Positions 10,792 through 23,024 of a stretch of 36,072 nt of DNA are shown here, in pieces. The stretch is from contig NC_068981.1 of the NCBI RefSeq assembly GCF_001194135.2, forward strand, positions 89,520,476 to 89,556,547. The letters run 5' to 3'. Below the pieces are notes generated by a model. That model searched no databases, had not been told where the DNA came from, and saw only the letters and a list, made by a program, of their open reading frames with translations. The stretch's first letter is position 1; every line of letters begins with the position of its first letter. The stretch is from Octopus bimaculoides (taxonomy: Eukaryota). The position numbers and the translations under genes are program-made.

Positions 10792-12418
10792 ATGAAGGGG
10801 TGGGAAAATAATTTTCTCCCGTTCAACAAGTGTTTGGTGTATGATATTCTTCTCCCCAACAGTCACATTTTTCCTAACTGGTCAAACTGTTCCCAACGTT
10901 TATCTATCGCTCGGTTATTCGATAAACACAGGAAACACGAATAATTTATATACCCTCCTTGTTGGCCAAGTAAAATTTGATCACTTTTAGATCCACACAA
11001 TACACATTTGTGTTCATCATACTTGAAGTAAATCTAATGCAACTTTTAAGTGATCATAATTCTCTTTTACGCGAACAGAGTGACCAATAGGGAGCGCCCC
11101 AAACAAGTTTCCATTATCGAGTAACAGACATTTTAAACTCTTCTTTGAACTGTTTATAAAGATTCCCCATTCGCTATGATCATATAATCCAGCACCCATC
11201 GCGTTTAACAGTAAGCAAATTCTTTTCCAGTTGTAAAGAATGCCAAGAGATCTTTTTCCCCTGTTCCGATAAAAAGTCACATTTGTTTTCTCTTTTAGCT
11301 TAAAAGTAACAATTATGATTACTCTTTTAGCAGTCCTAGGTCCCTAATTAAATTATTAGGTTCTTCCTGGTTAAAGTTTTCACATTCTTTGCTTGATGTT
11401 TCTACAAAGTCTGTATCACTGTCATGTTCATGATTTACATCTACTTCACGTGCATCACTTTCATCTTGCAGTGAAGGTAGATCCTTGAAATCGGGTCCTG
11501 GTACTTCATCTGAGTAAAGCACTGGACGAATTGCTGAATCCAGAATTGGGTAACTTATTTTTTCTGTCGCGTTCTCTTGCTATAAACTAAAATCTTTGTG
11601 AGAAAAAAGTAGCAAGCGTTTGCATGGTTCTTTGACACCTGCCATACCATAGGAATACCAAATATTAGTTGTTTTCTTGTGCCTTTTTTCCATCGGCGTA
11701 AATTTCGCACACAAGGTTTACATACATTGTACGGGGCTCACGATTAATTCTGGTCACCGATTTAATCTTAAAGTAAGTCAAGTAGGATCTTGTCACAAAG
11801 TCATTAATGTTCATTTTTTGACTTGATACTGCAAAACACCAACATATATAACAAAAAGAATCATGGGAATTCAAACATTTCCTTCGCAATGACACCATGC
11901 TTCTGAACCCCTGCATTCTTTCATGAAATATATGTGAAAAGAGAGTAAATAACAAAGAACATGTTTATATATCTACGTTTATCTAAATAGGTGTCTAAAT
12001 ACATGGATAAAATAAATATTCAACAGAAATGTTTAACTATGATATCTTTTGTAAATTTGTTGATAGTAAGAAGAGATTAACAACGCAGATTAAGACGACC
12101 GAACGTTCGATCACACAGTTATTAGGAAACACACTTCGACACAAGTACATATACTAGGCCGACAGAACGTCACAACCACACTCACTGAAGGTTCAACTGA
12201 CGTTGAGACTCTTACTGCTAACGTATCCTGTGAAAAACACTTGGGGACACTTTTGAAAATGAAGTTACGAGTAGGGCCCATATGGGCCAGCTGATAGAAA
12301 AAAACTTGACATGATAGAAACAAACCATTGTCATTTTTAAACTCAGTGACTCAACATTACCTCAAAAAAGTTTGAACTTTATGGCAGCAGAAAGAAAGTT
12401 AGAATTTGTTGACCAGTG
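10792..12418 (-). mobile_element. Chapaev3-like (CMC superfamily) DNA transposon: intact 5' terminus plus decayed 5' half of the transposase
   Basis: The minus-strand end is CACTGGTCAACAAATTCTAAC. The ORF starts at 11898 with MVSLRRKCLNSHDSFCYIC (Cys-rich N-terminus). Later pieces include FNQEEPNNLIRDLGLLKE, FYRNR...EWGIFINSSKKSLKCLLLDNGN...PIGHSV..KENYD, and GEKNIIHQTLVEREKIIFPPLH, where it is truncated. Confidence 0.75.
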
Positions 12419-12474
12419 TTTTCTTTATTTCCAGATTTTCCGTTGGCTTTTGTTATAAAGCGTTCGTATGCCAC

Positions 12475-12774
12475 TGTTGTATCTGTCTTTTGTACGACGG
12501 TTGTCACTCTGATAGACATTGTAATATTTCGAAGTGGTCGATAGGATGTTTCTATCTGGCACTGTATAACCTGCAGTCGTACGATGTTATTATCTTCAAA
12601 AATTTGGATCGCTACAACGTCCACTCAGTATCAGGGTATAATTACTATATCAGCACAGACACGACTCACAATACAGCCTACACGTACTCTCGTACTCTAT
12701 GTACTCTCTTGATACTGGCCGACCTCACCTTAATTATAGTGACTGGTTAATTCCATTCGTCATATGGGAGGCGT
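12475..12774 (-). repeat. Gypsy-type LTR copy A (lacks ~30 bp of its 5' end)
   Basis: Near-gapless direct repeat of 13234-13526, about 80% identical by hand count over ~195 bp; ends in TACAACA on the minus strand. Confidence 0.8.
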
Positions 12775-13155
12775 CAGTTTTCTCAAGATTAAGCGAGTTT
12801 TCATCTCGTTGTCCCAATCTTTACATTCTTTCTCGAAGATTTGCTCATGTCTTCTGTAGTATTCGTCGAAGTTAACTCTTTCGTCAGGTTTGTATTTGAA
12901 TTCAGTTATTGAATTCGCAACATAGTCTAGCGAGAGCGCTTTTTCTGGTTGCCTTGACGACTTCATTAATTGCAGCATTCGTTGTTGCAAAACTAATTGT
13001 TGTTTTTGCCTCTGTTGTTCCTCTTGCAGTTGAATCTGTTGTTGCTGTTGTTGTTGTTCCTTCAGTAGTTGTTGTTGCTGATTTTTCAACGCAAGTAAAC
13101 TGGCCAACAAATCTTCCATGATTTTACGATTTTTTTCGTAAAACTCGCACAACAA
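12775..13155 (-). mobile_element. Gypsy (K02A2.6-like) gag N-terminal fragment
   Basis: Q-rich coiled coil followed by VANSITEFKYKPDERVNFDEYYRRHEQIFEKECKDWDNEMKTRLILRKL, the usual invertebrate Ty3/Gypsy gag start. Probable ATG at 13119; lies between two LTRs. Confidence 0.8.
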
Positions 13156-13233
13156 AAACTTTGTTTAACTCCTCTACGAGTTTCTATCAAGTTCCATGTG
13201 ATTTGGTTTATCTTCGTCGCGGTCTTTTGTCAC

Positions 13234-13553
13234 TATTATATCTGTCTTTTGTACGACGGCTGTTGCTCTGACAGATATTGTTATATTCCGAAGTCGTCAA
13301 TAGAATGTTTCTATCTGGCATTGTACGAATCCCAGTCATACAGTATTATTATTCGCAAAAGATTGGATTGTTATAACGTCCACTTAGTATCACAGTATAA
13401 TTACTATATCAGCACCGACACGACTATCAACACAGTCTACTCGTAGTCTATGTACTATCTTGATACTGGCCGACGTCATCTTACTTATAGTAACTGGTTC
13501 ATTTGACTAGTCACATAGGAGGAGTGTACCATTATTACTAATTCCTTACAACA
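13234..13553 (-). repeat. Gypsy-type 5' LTR (copy B) followed by a degenerate primer-binding site
   Basis: On the minus strand it begins TGTTGTA and ends TATAATA (TACAACA in copy A, giving a 7-bp terminal inverted repeat). It is followed by gtg(acaaaagacc)gcgacgaagat, resembling TGGCGACGAG. Confidence 0.75.
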
Positions 13554-14785
13554 GTTTTAGAGAAATATTGTCGTTTATTTAAATACATTGATTTGGAGAC
13601 ATTCTCTTTTTACTGGTCTTTTAAAAGTAATATATCAATAGAAATATCTTTAGTCTCATAATTGTATGAAATGATATGTTCCGGGGTTTCGTCATTTTGT
13701 TAGTTGGGACAATGACTTTAAAATCAGATCGTCTGCGCATCCAGAATTTAAGTTTTGCGTTAAAACATCTTTAAAAATTTCCAACTGTTTCTCGGATGAA
13801 GTTTCAAGAAGATAAATAATGCTTTTTGGCTTCAGCTCGAGATAATACACTTCTCAAATATTGCTGATTCACTTTTTTATCTAGTCCTGACAATATTGGC
13901 TACGTCAAGGATTTTATTGCCAACATCTTAGCTTGACAGCTCGTAATCCCGTTTTCAGTTTTGGTTCTTTTTTCTTTTTTAAATATTTACTGGTGACTTT
14001 CCCCTATTCTTCTCATAGCTCTCTGCTATCTTAGTCTATATTTCATATTTGATGAGTTACTTCAATATCGAAAAATCATTTCTCATGTTTTGTTCATGTT
14101 TTCTAGTAATTTCCTTTAGTTTGGTTTGTATATGTTCAACTTAGTTGTTGTTGTCTTTACAAGAGATATTCATATATATTCTTTGGTTGGAGAAGATTTC
14201 CACCTGTTTACATCCATGGTATATACAAACTTTCTGCATCGACTATTGTCGATTATTGTAAATCTAGTCATTATTGACGTTATTTTTATGTCTAGTCGTG
14301 TTAATTCACTTACGTTCCAGAAATATATCAATAAATTATCACTAAAACAACTAGATTATTTATGTATATTATCTGTTTTTCTTTTATTTAATATCAGTCT
14401 AATGCGTCTAGAACATTACTTTCCACCTTTATTTTTTATTTCTTTATGTTGTATTCCGTTGTGTGTTATTAATTCCCAAGTTCTTGTGTGTCTGTGTTCG
14501 TTCTAATCCTCTTATCAATGTTTCTGTATATCATATGATATTAGTGGTGTGTATTAATCTTCTCTCTTCAATGATGATGTTACTCATTTATCTAAACTGA
14601 ATTTCGTTTCAATTCGACAACAGAACCTGTACACAGTAAGCCATAGTTGTTGTCATCTTCAGTATATCACTGGAAATTCCACAAATACAGGAAATGGTTG
14701 ATTGTCCTAGTGTAGCATTTTTTATCGGAAACCAATCTGATTTTTCTATGCCAGCTGATGGTTTAAAACCAGCCAGAAAACTAAG

Positions 14786-14802
14786 GAAGAGAGAGAGGGG
14801 GT

Positions 14803-14836
<34 letters not shown>

Positions 14837-14970
14837 TAGAGAGAGAGAGAAAGAGAGAGAAAAAGAAAGACAGTGAGAGAGAGAAAGAGAAAGACAGAGA
14901 GAGTAAGAGAAGGACAGAGAGAGAAAGAGAAAGACAGAGAGAGAAAGAGAAAGACAGAGGGAGAAAGAGA
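14786..14970. repeat. compound (GA)n purine tract
   Basis: Visible directly in the sequence. Confidence 0.95.
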
Positions 14971-15247
14971 GCCGTTCCGAGACGGAGACTTGTTAGAATA
15001 TTCTTCGTCTAAGGGGATACAGTATTATAAATTACTTCTTTTATTGTATCTGTGGATTTTTTTTTTAATATTTACCATTCATTTATGAAGTTTTGGTATG
15101 CGGGTTTATTCTTGCTCTAACTCACTCATGGTTAATATTGCCAGAATTCACGGATAGACAACACTGTCAAAACGTAACTGTCAGTCTATCTTTCATCTTT
15201 TTCTACAACCGGTGAAAGCTTTAATCATCAGTATTTTATGTCTATAG

Positions 15248-15958
15248 TATTAGGTTGTCAAGAAAGTTCTTGCGGTTTTTAACCTTTAAATTCAGATGCA
15301 CATATTTCGGCTCAAACAAAACTTTGTTAATCGAAATAAAACACCATCAGAATCAACACACTTTTGTCAACGGGAAGCAAGTTTATTTATACCAGTAGCG
15401 TAAAAATCCTGTGTTCTGGTGGCGATGAAGTCGTTGAAGGCGTGTTTCGCATCGTCTTGGTTTTTGAAGCATTTCTCACGCAGGAAGTTGTCGAGATGTT
15501 TGAAAAAGGGGTAGTCAGTAGGCGAGAGGTCTGGTGAGTATGGCGGATGAGGCAGAGTTCAACTACTGCAGGGTCACTTGTGCGACGTGCGGTCGAGCTT
15601 TGTCGTGGAGAAGAATTGGTCCTTTACTATTGACAATTGCTGCTGTTGTTGTCGGAGTTTCTTATGCATTTCATCCATTTGCCGACACTACTTCTCCGCC
15701 GTCATAGTTTCATCTGTATCCAAAAAGCTGTGATGGATGAGACCGGCCGCAGACCACCAAACAGTCACCATGACCATCTTTTGGTGCAACTTTGGCTTCA
15801 GGAAGTGCCGTAGAGCTTTGTCGGCGTCCAACTACTGAGCCGAGCGTCGCCAGTTGTCATAAAGAATTCATTTTTCATCGCAAGTCACAATCTGGTCGGG
15901 AAACGGGTAGTTTTTGTTGCGTAAAAGAAGAGAAGACGACACTTCAAAACGGCATTTC
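15248..15958 (-). mobile_element. mariner transposon: decayed DDD catalytic domain plus 3' TIR
   Basis: Peptides RFEVSSSLLLRN, IVTCDEK*ILYDN, VMVTVWWSAAG, LLHDKARPH, PHPPYSPDLSPTDY, FYATGINKL. TIR TA-TTAGGTTGTCAAGAAAGTTCTTGCGGTTTTT at 15248. Confidence 0.92.
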
Positions 15959-18824
15959 AGGTATTTTATATCTTTGCTAAATATTTTGTCTATGATCAAT
16001 GTCAATGCCCTATCAATAACTACTGTTTAAACCTTCAATTTAGTTAATTCCATGCAGTTATCGTGGAACACGCATGATTAGTTTCTCTAGGAGAAATATA
16101 TCATTACAGATTAATGTGGAAAATAAATACACGTAGCTGTAGAATAAAGACATTGCAGGAGAACGTCTAATAACAAAGAAACGATCGACCCATTGAACGA
16201 TGACCTTGATAACAGCAGAAAAAAATTAATCTGAATTTCTAATACTGAATAAAAGTCAAAGGAATTAACGTTTATTTTTTTTATTAAACTTGACTTTGTG
16301 TGTAGCATTTCCGTTCTTTCCAAGTAAAGCTATCTTGAGAAAAACAGGTACGAGTTTAGCTCTAGATAGAATAGATTCATGATCAATGGCATTTCAATTG
16401 TGACCGACCCTAGCTTTTAATATATCTAAGAGTGCATTATTTAATGTATCCATTTCATTTTTTGAAGACCATAAAGAGTGATGGAATTTGGGTGATATTT
16501 CTAGCCATCCATTTATCAAGTATAAAAGTTCGGTCATGGCTAAAAAAAACATAAGAAGTTGTTTTTGTACCTTTATATTTTGACTTCCATACTGCAGTTC
16601 ATTTCTTGTCATCGACATCATTGATAACATTATATAAGGGTATATTCGGTCACCTATGTTTTGTCCATACAAAAACAGCAAGCTACCCTTATTATCATGA
16701 ATACACCAAAGGAAAGTTAAACTGCCAGATGAGAAATTTCTTAAAGGAATGGATGTATGGCCAGAATTTATATACATTAACTTTATAGCGGTGGAATTTG
16801 AACTTATTGATTGGGGATCCGTTCAAAACAATGATATTATTACATGTTGTCAATAACCTACTAGATTATAAGCTCATTCCGTTACATCAACTTAGAAACT
16901 TGTAGAGTGAATAGAATTGGCTGATTGAGAGTGCCACAAGCATAACAAAACTCTAAGAACGGGAATCACTTTCTTCATTAGAATAAGTAATATAGAAATT
17001 CAGTCTGTTGACTCTGTAGAGCTACTATTTATTATATTCAGCTTTAGTGAAGTTTTGTTCTAGATAATGAATGGTGACACTAAGATAAGGGATGCTATAA
17101 ATCTAAATTCCTGCAAATGATTATCAAACCATGGGAATATTGAATCGTAGTAAAGTAACAAGGAAATAGAGGCACAAGATGTAAAGTGATAAACATCCGA
17201 AGATAAAACTTAGATAACGATGTATAGTATAGCTAAAAGTAAGAATAAATGGTTAATGTGATTGTACGACGATGCAATTGTTTTAATTCCAATACAATCT
17301 CAGGTCAGACGATTTAACAAACAAGTACATCAAAGGTATTTGGAATACTGAATTATTTTGTAATCGGAAGCAAAATCTAAAATCAATATCTACAAACCGA
17401 AGTTAATCCCAAGAGACCTACACTTGCTTGAAAATATAGTCTAAAGCTTCATGTATATCATAGCAACATTCTTGTGTTTACGAAATACGAATCTTCCTCT
17501 TATCATAGAAATATTTTGTATTTACCTTTTTATTTCAAAACTGGAAATTTTCGACATATTAGGTAAATTACTTTCTGATTGAATAAATAACAAAAACAAA
17601 ATTCCATGCCATTCGATTGAATTGTACGCATCTAGTATATTTACATAAGAATATTACGTCGTTTACCTTCACATGGAACCAATGTATAGAGAAACAATTC
17701 TTTGCAAAATTCTTTGCATTCAATTTTCATGTTTATTCAAATAATTTCCGAATAAAATTGAGTCTTCAATTATAAAATCGATTTATATTTTTTACGACAC
17801 TTATTATGTAGTAACATCCGATGTTAATTTTCAAATCGTTGCAGGGATAATGATAAATGCGACGACGGATATTCTATTCAACTGAAATTATTTTTACACT
17901 GTTCGCACATATTCCAAATCAATTCCATTATTTGCGACTCTGACAGCGCCTGTATCATTAAGTCTATTGTTGATATCTCTAGTAGTATTATCTGTAATGA
18001 GCTTTGAACAGCTAGTATAATTCAACAGAATGTCATGCTATGAACACCGATCAATAATCTATACGGTGAAATGCTATTCTTGAAAAACTTTACATTTTCT
18101 TGTAACATTCTATTAGCATTTCTCTGTGTATTTACTTTCATCTATATTCTATTTCTTTAAACACTGAAAAGTATCAAACGTATGCATATTTCATGAACGA
18201 TTTTGTGTCAGTAAGTTTGAGAAAGGTCAATGAAGGGAAATGATGCAATAGGAGGCGTCTCAATATATCTGTATAGATACAATCATAAGACTGTAAATTG
18301 CATTATTTAGATAGAATGCACTTAGTTTAGAGTAAAAAAATTCCCACAAGTATAGATACTACTTTATCTTCCAGAGGTAAAAATAATTAAGTGGAAACAA
18401 ATGACTATACCAATATGTTGAAAATAGGTCTTTCTGAGGAAAAGAAATATATAATGCAATTAGAATTGAATAATGTTTTAAAGTGTTATGTGCTAAAAGT
18501 AAATAGCTATATAGAATACTTGTCATAAGGATATAAAGTTGTTTGGCTGCTTACTTTGAAAATATAATGCCTTAGATACTCTTTAACACGAGCATCTCTT
18601 ACTTATTGTTGAATGTTAAGCGTTGTTGGATTGGTATACAATCTTTGTTTTTCATTAACGTTCCATCACAAAAATAAGTTCTGGGAGATATTTCTTTATA
18701 TCTTAATTTCCATTTAAAAATATTCACCATGCAAAGCTAAACTACTTCATTCACATTCTGTTGATGTATTAGCCAATGTAACATATTCTAGTGCGTACAT
18801 ACAGCTATCATTGTGTGGGTGTGT

Positions 18825-19260
18825 TTTATATCTGCTCAAGTGTCTATAGAGAGCGACTGGGTTCTCCTGCTTGTGTGCTTTGGTGTAGAGTCCTGTTGCC
18901 AGACATAGGGTCTTCCAGCAGCCACTCTCATGACCCAGGGCAGCACTACCTCCTCCAGTCACTTGATGTACGCCTCCGTGTTAAAACTGTGGCCGCATGA
19001 GAAGATGAATGGAGGCATAACGTCGTTATCATTACTGATCACCCCAAATACCATCAAATCGACTGGATGTTTGATTTTTATCACTCTCGGTACATGTCCT
19101 CAAATTGCACTGTCGTCAGATTGACACTCAAAAATTCTACAATGTTTGTATTGGAACATCCGGCACGAATGCCAAGCATTACAGCATGTCTTTTCCAAAT
19201 GTTTGGCAGAGTAGTTTCATGCTAAGAAGTCCTACCACCATATAATTAGAATATGGTACC
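18825..19260 (-). mobile_element. Tc1/mariner (maT/DD37D-like) transposase deletion derivative
   Basis: KHPVDLMVFGVISNDNDVMPPFIF...NTEAYIK*LEEVVLPWV..VAAGRPYVWQQDSTPKHTSRRTQ is joined at ~19105 to an N-terminal piece IWKRHAVMLGIRAG...VNLTTVQ. Confidence 0.85.
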
Positions 19261-19444
19261 TTCCTTAGAATTTAACCAAATGCTTTGAAATTCTAATCAT
19301 CTCGGTGATAGGACTGAAACATACATGTAGTTTCTTTTATTTTATTTTACTTTTAAGCTTTACAACCTGCAATCAATTTATTTGGACTGTTATTTTTTTA
19401 AGGACACTTTCACCTTTCAGTTTGGTTAATATTACTTTCATCCA

Positions 19445-19665
19445 AGGAGGTGCAGTGACAGAATCGTTAGCATGCCACACTTCGCAGAATTTCGTCCTTT
19501 TTACGTACTGGGTTCAAATTCCGCTGAGGTCGACTTTGCCCTCCATTTTTTCTGTGTCAATAAAATAAGTATCACGTTAGCACTGGGGTTGATGTATTCG
19601 ACTTATCCCACCTCACAAAACTGCTGGCATTGTACCAAAAATTGAAATCAATATTACATTCATCT
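19445..19665 (+). mobile_element. SINE family B, near full length
   Basis: GTGACAGAATCGTTAGC (A-box region), GGGTTCAAATTCCGCTGAGGTCGAC (B-box), and body motifs shared with 1456, 5566 and the 10088 cluster. Confidence 0.8.
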
Positions 19666-20494
19666 TTCTGGAATACTTTCAAATTTTATACCATGATTCG
19701 AGGCATCCGTCGGACTATATGTTCTACATCTTACAGCAGGAATTTACTTCATATATTTTATTAGTATTTCACAAACTGGGTGTGAAGGCAGATAAAAAGA
19801 TGAGATATTTTCATTGACGTGTATAGTAACACCATCATGATTTCTTTTTTTTTATTTTTCACAGTGAATACCAAGAAAAAGAACACTAACATGATTACAT
19901 ATATTCCAGTAACATCTATAAATATTCGTTACTCGATGCTTTTGTTAAGGTCTTTCATGTAAGATATTTATTTGTCTTACTAAGTCGTAACCGACCTCTG
20001 ATGTTTCATTGTAGGATTCATGTGACTTTAGTGTGGATATCTTTAGTAAATTTGTGTGATGGTGTCCGTAACTTTGGGTCTGTATCTGTTGCAGCCAGTA
20101 CAACGGCTTCTTTATCTTCTGCATTATGTTTAAAACAGGTTGGTGCTCGGCTGCCGCAGCTTCTACTGCTTCTGGGTATTGACGTCGTTTTTTAAAATTA
20201 CTGTCTTTTCTATTTCTGATTTGCTTGAAACAAACTGCAAAGACCTCATACATATATACATACATACATACTCATATATACATATATGTGTGTGGTATGC
20301 ATATNNNNNNNNNNNNNNNNNNNNNNNNNNNNNNNNNNNNNNNNNNNNNNNNNNNNNNNNNNNNNNNNNNNNNNNNNNNNTATATATATATAAAAATACA
20401 CGAACATCACACACACACACACACACATACACACACATAATACATACATACATAGATATACACACACACACATATATATATATACATATATATA

Positions 20495-20912
20495 TTCCTA
20501 TAGTTTCAGCTGAGAGCTGCGGCCATGCTGATGCACCGCCATTTTGCTACACTTTTATTACTGAAACCCTCCTCCAATATGTGGCACTTGGTGAAGATTG
20601 GAGTTTGATGTAGCTACCCTCATTTGCACCTCTTGCCGTGAGGTAGATTCATGTGGGACTCTCGACAGGAAGAGGTCCATCTTTGATTTAAAAACCTCTA
20701 CATCTACTTTGAGCAGGTTCCTCAGGCTCTTTGGGAGCGTATTAAAAAGCTGTGGGCCCCTGAAACCCAAACTGTCGCAGTAACTGGTCCTGAAGTGCGA
20801 TGGCATTGCTGGGATCTTTGGCACTATGCAGTGTCGTCTCGTTCTGGCATTGGTGTAGTTTTCAATGCCAAAATTTGGCACAATTCCTTCCAGGATCTTC
20901 CAGGTGTATATA
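20495..20912 (-). mobile_element. CR1-clade LINE, 3' end of ORF2 plus 3' UTR
   Basis: IYTWKILEGIVPNFGI...RHCIVPKI...SLGFRGPQLFNTLPKSLRN...FKSKMDLFLSRVP...SNS is the CR1-type ORF2 C-terminus. Short UTR ending GGCGGTGCATCAGCATGGCCGCAG...CTGAAAC. Confidence 0.85.
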
Positions 20913-22732
20913 TATATATATATATGTATATANNNNNNNNNNNNNNNNNNNNNNNNNNNNNNNNNNNNNNNNNNNNNNNNNNNNNNNNNNNNNNNNNNNN
21001 NNNNNNNNNNNNNNNNNNNNNNNNNNNNNNNNNNNNNNNNNNNNNNNNNNNNNNNNNNNNNNNNNNNNNNNNNNNNNNNNNNNNNNNNNNNNNNNNNNNN
21101 NNNNNNNNNNNNNNNNNNNNNNNNNAAGAACATGGACAAAATGATAAACAAGGTACAACAGACAAGCAAGCCACATAGAAACATCTCCTTCATCAGCTGC
21201 CACCATTAAAACACCGGCGTTTCGAAGAATTAAGGCAGTACGCATCGTTGAAATGGTTCTTCCCACGAACACAAATTAAATTATTTTCGTGGAGGGTAGT
21301 GGGGGACGGAAAACAAGACAGGAAAACGAAACGGTGGATAAACAAACAAGCAAAAGGGCTGTACAGTCAGACGTGAAGTGTGTATGTATTGAACGCTGTG
21401 AAGCACGAACAGGAGGGGCAAAGAAGTACGTGCCAGCTTGGGGAATCCAAGAACGAAAAGAAATAGCAGCCGGACACACGTAACCAAGACTGTGTAAAAA
21501 GAAAGAGTAGCAGAGGGAAAAGAAGGGGAGGAAGTAGAATAAAAATGAGCAACGAGAGGTAGAGAGACAGAGAGATAGTAGTAGTAGCGGTGAGAGGCGA
21601 AGGACGAGTCACAAGAGATAGAGAAAGAGAGAGATAGTAGTGACAGGTAGAGGCGAAGAACAGTAGAGGGAAGAATGAGAGGGGTAGATAGATATGGAGA
21701 TAGAGAGAGTCGCGTTAGAAAAATAGTTAAAACTTACTGTGTAAAGGTTAACGCGTGCGAAACACAATATTGCGATGCTTCTAACAATTGCTATGACAAC
21801 TAAATAAGGGATGGAGTAGATATGGTGGGTCATTGTAATAAACCATACAGTAGAAAAGCTGGTGCTCCGGCACATTCATAATTTAATGAGTGAAACCAGG
21901 AAAATAATAGAAGACTGCTTGTACATACAGATACACACATATTTATATACTTATATATATATATGTGTGTGCGTGTGTGTGTCTGTGTGTGTTTGTGTGG
22001 TTGTGTTTACATTTATATGAATCTGTATATAGGCATGTATAATTTATGTACTTATTCTTCATATTATTTAGAAATATATTTCAATGTACTGTGTTTAACA
22101 GCAATAGATGTGAGGAGCTGCATATAATATTGGCTTAGATACTTTTATGCAATCTCCTGATGAACCAACCTGCAAGCTGGAAACTCAATGAATAAATAAA
22201 TAAATAAATACATAAAAGAATCCGTTTATTTATATATTTATGCGCGTAATTATTTGAAAATAAAAGCCAACCGATATAATCTTGTATTCTTATATTTATA
22301 TTTGTGTGTGTGTGTTTGCGCGCGCGCGCGTGCGTGCGTGCGTGCGTGTGTGTGTATGTACATATGTATAAATTAAAGAAACTAAAGAAAATGCTAATAT
22401 TATATAGACATCTATATATTTTATCGTTGACAGTAAGATTATCCGTATGTATATATATACATATATAAAAGGCAGGATGTGTGTGTGCGCGCGTGTGTGT
22501 ACGTGAATGTAACCAAATTTGAAGATACTTAAATAATGATTGTTATTCGCACACCATGGAAGAGAGAATTTAGTGAATCGACAGAAATCATGAATACAAA
22601 TCAAACAAGCAACAAGCACAGTTCCCGATGATCTAATCGATATTGATATTTACAAACTCAGGGACAACATATGGTGGATATTCAAACTCTATCAATACTT
22701 TCAGCAGTAACAATCAACATTATTGTAATAAG

Positions 22733-22800
22733 AATACAATTTATAAAATATACAATACAATTTATAAAATATACAATACAATTTATAAAATATACAATAC
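22733..22800. repeat. 21-bp minisatellite, ~3.2 copies
   Basis: Unit aatacaatttataaaatatac. Confidence 0.9.
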
Positions 22801-23024
22801 TATAATAATTATTATTCTGGTTATTAATTTTATTTACTAAGTCATGATGTTTTGCAAATAACTTGCGCATGCAAGTGCTACTAGTCGAGAAATCCGCAAG
22901 TGTATGAGGTCATCAGGAGAGAATGTGCGCCGTTTCGAGCCTTCATCTCGATAGCATCAATGCGAGCGGGCTTGGTATCCATTTCTCTAGCCTAATATAT
23001 GTAAATAATACAGAATGGGACAAG

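Noticed and set aside
12406-13446. Similar plus-strand ORFs in both LTRs (12406-12750, 13198-13446)
   Set aside because: By hand count most differences are non-synonymous; the similarity is explained by LTR duplication.
13560-14340. Faint PLE RT-thumb/endonuclease-like peptides on the minus strand
   Set aside because: Too degenerate, and in the wrong order for a single element.
14608-14780. Possible minus-strand exon after a (TC)n tract (acceptor TTCCTTAG)
   Set aside because: The open frame is only ~55 codons, with no recognisable protein and no strong donor; the pyrimidine tract is just a microsatellite.
16394-16777. 127-aa ORF in unique AT-rich DNA
   Set aside because: No recognisable motif and no convincing splice sites; it cannot be supported without RNA-seq or homology.
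19945-20265. Overlapping ORFs on both strands with an Ala-rich patch
   Set aside because: No identifiable homology, and the splice signals are weak.
21180-21230. ccttcatcag and cgtttcg as hammerhead halves
   Set aside because: They are in the wrong order for type I, and no valid permuted fold was found. The 21126-21540 region may be a PLE tail but is unsupported.
22152-22190. CTGATGA...GGAAAC hammerhead-like string
   Set aside because: Stem II is mismatched, with no stem I pairing and no palindromic stem III; at best a decayed relic.
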